Assembly: GCA_000004985.1 (NCBI GenBank)
Contig: GG739435.1
DNA: 1,375 bases
Origin: Naegleria gruberi
Taxonomy: Eukaryota
Strand: one strand, 5' to 3'
Under the pieces are notes generated by a model that saw nothing but the letters and a program-made list of their open reading frames with translations, searched no databases and was not told the DNA's origin. Below, in pieces: positions 1 through 1,375 of this stretch. The position numbers and the translations under genes are program-made. The first letter of the stretch is position 1. Each line of letters begins with the position of its first letter.

Positions 1-2
1 TA

Positions 3-365
3 ACTTTATTTCCATTATTAATTGCTACTTTTATTTCTACAAGTAGAACATTGGATTATCATCATCATTTTACTGATATTATTGCTGGTTCTATTTTAGG
101 TATTTTTATTTCTACTTGTAATTATTTTTTAAATTATCCTTCTTTATTTCATTTTAATTCTCATTTACCTTTAAATAGATATTTTAATAATAATATTAAT
201 AATTTAAATGAAAATAATAATTTAAATATTGATAATAATAATTTATATGAAAATATTGATAATAATGATGAAAATATATTAATATTAAATAATAATACTA
301 GTAATAATAATAACACTAGTAAAAAGAGAATATTATCAAATATTGATATACTTGAACAAGTATAA
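3..365 (+). CDS. C-terminal part (5'-truncated by the window edge) of a PAP2-family lipid phosphate phosphatase, LPP/DPP-like, with an Asn-rich C-terminal tail. Stop TAA at 363-365.
   Basis: Frame 3 is open from nt 3 to TAA at 363-365. The track's 'M' at 51 is a TTG codon (internal Leu), and codons 3-50 upstream contain no stop, so the ORF continues 5' of the window. The translation ...TLFPLLIATFISTSRTLDYHHHFTDIIAGSILGIFISTCNYFL... contains the PAP2 C3 motif S-R-x5-H-x3-D. It is flanked by hydrophobic helices in the same arrangement as LPP enzymes, e.g. ...GLSRVSDYKHHWSDVLTG.... Codon bias is strongly AT3-rich and consistent. Confidence 0.85.
   Translation, partial: TLFPLLIATFISTSRTLDYHHHFTDIIAGSILGIFISTCNYFLNYPSLFHFNSHLPLNRYFNNNINNLNENNNLNIDNNNLYENIDNNDENILILNNNTSNNNNTSKKRILSNIDILEQV
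42..77 (+). other. PAP2 catalytic motif C3 (SRxxxxxHxxxD): Ser 42-44, Arg 45-47, His 63-65, Asp 75-77
   Basis: Direct translation agt aga aca ttg gat tat cat cat cat ttt act gat gives S R T L D Y H H H F T D. The spacing matches the established PAP2 / acid phosphatase signature exactly. Confidence 0.8.
78..131 (+). other. Predicted final transmembrane helix of the PAP2 domain (IIAGSILGIFISTCNYFL). A preceding hydrophobic segment at nt 3-41 (TLFPLLIATFIST) is probably the penultimate helix.
   Basis: 18 consecutive mostly hydrophobic residues immediately after the C3 motif. This is the position of TM6 in LPP-type PAP2 proteins. Confidence 0.6.
186..320 (+). repeat. Coding low-complexity tract, Asn-rich (about 27 of 45 residues are Asn, almost all AAT codons), forming the C-terminal tail of the PAP2 protein
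   Basis: NNNINNLNENNNLNIDNNNLYENIDNNDENILILNNNTSNNNNTS. The nucleotide sequence is an AAT/ATT/GAT-dominated cryptic simple repeat with about 3% G+C. Confidence 0.85.
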
Positions 366-470
366 ATTTTTATTAAATTGAACAAAACAATTAAATAAAA
401 TTACTATTATAAAAATAATTAGAAATTAATGAAACAGGAGGAATATTTTATCATATTTTCTACTTGATTA
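366..470 (+). terminator. Putative 3' UTR / 3'-end formation region of the PAP2 gene. AATAAA hexamer at 394-399, TATTATA at about 406-412.
   Basis: Extremely AT-rich (about 7-10% G+C) immediately after the stop codon. The canonical poly(A) signal hexamer lies 29 nt downstream of the stop. There is no transcript evidence. Confidence 0.3.
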
Positions 471-840
471 TTGTTCAGGCACACATACCAACGAGAATCT
501 ATTACAATACAAACCATCATCAGGTTGATACGATGCCACTGCTACTACTGATACTTTGTTTTGATTATCAAAATTTGTGCCTGTTTCACCCATCTCATAA
601 ATAGTTGCACCAACAAATTCTAACCCATTTGACTCTCATAATATACACAAAATGTTGTCTCCTTCATTCAATGCATTCAAGGATTTGTTAGATTGAATAA
701 AACCGTTCCTTACATTGATTGCTTTGAGTTTTCTAATGACCAACAACAATACTGACATTTTTTATTCTAAGGATTTCGCCTTACTAATAGTACTTTCCTT
801 TATACTACCAAATCTCAAATTGTCAGATCAATTGCTAACA
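471..840. other. Compositionally distinct non-coding block A (about 35-38% G+C, no homopolymers). No ORF of 60 codons or more on either strand. Identity unknown: possibly an intergenic/regulatory region of a yeast-like genome, a degenerate element, or a pseudogene.
   Basis: G+C counted by hand in sampled 60-nt lines (481-540: 23/60). I scanned all six frames, and stop codons occur in every frame. The longest open stretch is the minus frame 471-764, with one internal TGA. Confidence 0.3.
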
Positions 841-900
841 ATATAATAAATAAATATATTATATATATAATTATAAAAATATTTATTTTAGTATTAATTT
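841..900. repeat. AT-rich island with an imperfect (AT)n tract (ATATAT-T-ATATATATA at 854-869), TATAAAAAT at 872-880 and a poly-T run at 881-890, separating the two G+C-richer blocks
   Basis: Read directly from the sequence. About 8% G+C over 60 nt, with an abrupt transition back to about 35% G+C at 898-910 (cgagggaatcaacttggg). Confidence 0.7.
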
Positions 901-1249
901 CGAGGGAATCAACTTGGGTAGTAGAAAATCAAATACAAAGCAATCATTGCATCTTTGTTTCTGCCATCATTTAACATCTAAATCTTGAATTTCTTCTTAA
1001 AAGTGGTTCACCTACGCAATTAGTTTATTTAATTACAACCTCGCGTGATGGAACACTCACAAGATTAGTCTATTCGATTACGACAAAATTAGTTACCTAT
1101 GGAGACTTAGTCTAAAAATATTGTTATCAACTTTCGCTTCAAGTATGCCACTCATGTTTTCGTTATTACATTTCCAAACACGGGTAATATCTTACTGTAA
1201 GTAGTATTATGATAAAAGTTACATTGAGATACAAGTTGGTTGTATCGTT
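901..1249. other. Compositionally distinct non-coding block B (about 33% G+C). No ORF of 30 codons or more. Contains a nested palindrome at 935-958 and a GTAAGT hexamer at 1197-1202.
   Basis: Plus frames terminate within 30 codons from 901. The minus strand gives only 20- to 27-codon ORFs (e.g. MSGILEAKVDNNIFRLSLHR, MALTLDNTFDVYILFFHYFLTYHMYNIS). Confidence 0.3.
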
Positions 1250-1375
1250 ATGAAATGTTGTACATGTGGTAAGTCAAAAAGTAATGGAAGAAAAGAATAT
1301 AAACATCAAAAGTGTTGTCTAAAGTCAATGCCATATGTTATAACGTTATGTGTTATCATTTGGAATGTTTCTAAA
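1250..1375 (+). CDS. Speculative 5' end of a Cys-rich ORF that is open to the window end (MKCCTCGKSKSNGRKEYKHQKCCLKSMPYVITLCVIIWNVSK...)
   Basis: ATG at 1250-1252. The frame is open from 1205 (after TAG at 1202-1204) to 1375, which is 57 codons with no stop. It was not reported in the track, presumably because it is below the length cut-off. 8 Cys in the first 42 residues. The start context is weak (G at -3). The hexamer GTAAGT at 1269-1274 lies inside it. Confidence 0.15.
   Translation, partial: MKCCTCGKSKSNGRKEYKHQKCCLKSMPYVITLCVIIWNVSK

Noticed and set aside
161-385. 74-aa minus-strand ORF from the track (MFNLIKIYTCSSISIFDNILFLLVLLLLLVLLFNINIFSSLLSIFSYKLLLSIFKLLFSFKLLILLLKYLFKGK)
   Set aside because: It lies entirely antisense to the AAT/ATT/GAT low-complexity tail of the PAP2 CDS. 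The reverse complement of (AAT)n reads ATT/TTA/TTT, which automatically yields a stop-poor Leu/Ile/Phe-rich frame. It has no independent codon-bias or motif support and it overlaps a well-supported gene, so it is an artefact.
436-441. AGGAGG Shine-Dalgarno-like hexamer
   Set aside because: The context is eukaryotic (Asn-rich PAP2 gene, poly(A) hexamer). There is no ATG/GTG/TTG with an ORF 5-10 nt downstream (aggaggaatattttatcatattttctacttga). It is a chance purine run in the 3' UTR.
366-467. Ciliate-code reading in which TAA/TAG encode Gln, so the PAP2 ORF would extend to TGA at 465-467, exactly where the G+C-richer block begins
   Set aside because: The extra 34 codons (QVQIFIKLNKTIKQNYYYKNNQKLMKQEEYFIIFST) sit in 7-10% G+C DNA that looks non-coding. 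Downstream frames re-read with TGA-only stops still terminate quickly. The one long reading (L H Q Q I L T H L ...) is not protein-like. A Euplotes-type code (TGA=Cys) was also considered because of the TGA-interrupted minus ORF. There are no telomeric C4A4 repeats and no other support.
475-522. C/D-box snoRNA-like arrangement on the minus strand: TGATGA at 522-517 and CTGA at 478-475, about 40 nt apart
   Set aside because: The C box is preceded by C rather than the required purine. No terminal 4-6 bp stem pairs the sequence 5' of the C box with the sequence 3' of the D box. The C-D spacing is shorter than in typical C/D snoRNAs (70-100 nt). It also lies inside the small minus-strand ORF. It is probably chance.
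708-714. CCTTACA, matching the first 7 nt of the Dictyostelium Class I RNA 11-nt motif (CCTTACAGCAA)
   Set aside because: The match does not extend (CCTTACATTGA). The Dictyostelium assignment is itself doubtful. No flanking 5'/3' stem was found.
636-720. Possible minus-strand intron (donor GTAAGG at 714-709, acceptor TTAG at about 624-621) joining the two small minus ORFs
   Set aside because: Splicing there would put the downstream exon into a different frame (NLLVQLFMRWVKQAQILIIKTKYQ*), not the long one. The putative intron is not AT-rich, unlike the flanking spacers. There is no branch-point or yeast-type TACTAAC box.
1061-1068. AAGATTAG octamer identical to the U6 snRNA core (ACAGAGAAGATTAGCA)
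   Set aside because: The flanking sequence (cactcac-AAGATTAG-tctattcg) lacks the ACAGAGA box and the rest of the U6 sequence. It is an isolated 8-mer match expected by chance.
1073-1079. TTCGATT resembling a tRNA T-loop / B-box core, and GGTTCACC at 1005-1012
   Set aside because: Neither has the flanking GG...CC of the B-box consensus GGTTCGANTCC. No A-box (TRGCNNAGTGG) lies 30-60 nt upstream and no cloverleaf can be drawn. It is not a tRNA.

Overview
This window is eukaryotic, from an AT-rich genome, and shows no prokaryotic gene organisation. The only well-supported feature is the 3' end of a protein-coding gene on the + strand, nt 3-365 with stop TAA at 363-365. The reading frame is open to the window start, so the gene continues upstream. 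Its product is a PAP2-family lipid phosphate phosphatase. The third catalytic motif SRxxxxxHxxxD (SRTLDYHHHFTD) is intact at nt 42-77, flanked by two hydrophobic segments that look like the last two transmembrane helices. A 45-residue Asn-rich low-complexity tail follows, built almost entirely from AAT codons. The 74-aa minus-strand ORF at 161-385 is the antisense read-through of that AAT/ATT low-complexity DNA and is not a gene. After the stop comes a very AT-rich spacer (366-470, about 7-10% G+C) with an AATAAA hexamer at 394-399. From about 471 to the window end, 900 bp are compositionally different: about 33-38% G+C and no homopolymer runs. They are split only by an AT island with an (AT)n tract at 841-900, and contain no ORF of 60 codons or more on either strand in the standard code. 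This non-coding block is G+C-richer than the adjacent coding sequence, which is the opposite of what Dictyostelium or Plasmodium intergenic DNA does. Codon usage (TCT, GGT, AGA, CCA) fits an AT-rich budding yeast at least as well as a slime mould, but I cannot determine the organism from sequence alone. Inside the block I see only weak signals. One is a minus-strand frame open over 98 codons except for a single in-frame TGA. Another is a Cys-rich ORF (MKCCTCG...) that starts at 1250 and runs off the window end. The rest are a 24-nt nested palindrome, an imperfect direct repeat and two GTAAGT hexamers. Several such signals are expected by chance at this composition. I see no recognisable novel system here and mark these as things to check rather than discoveries.
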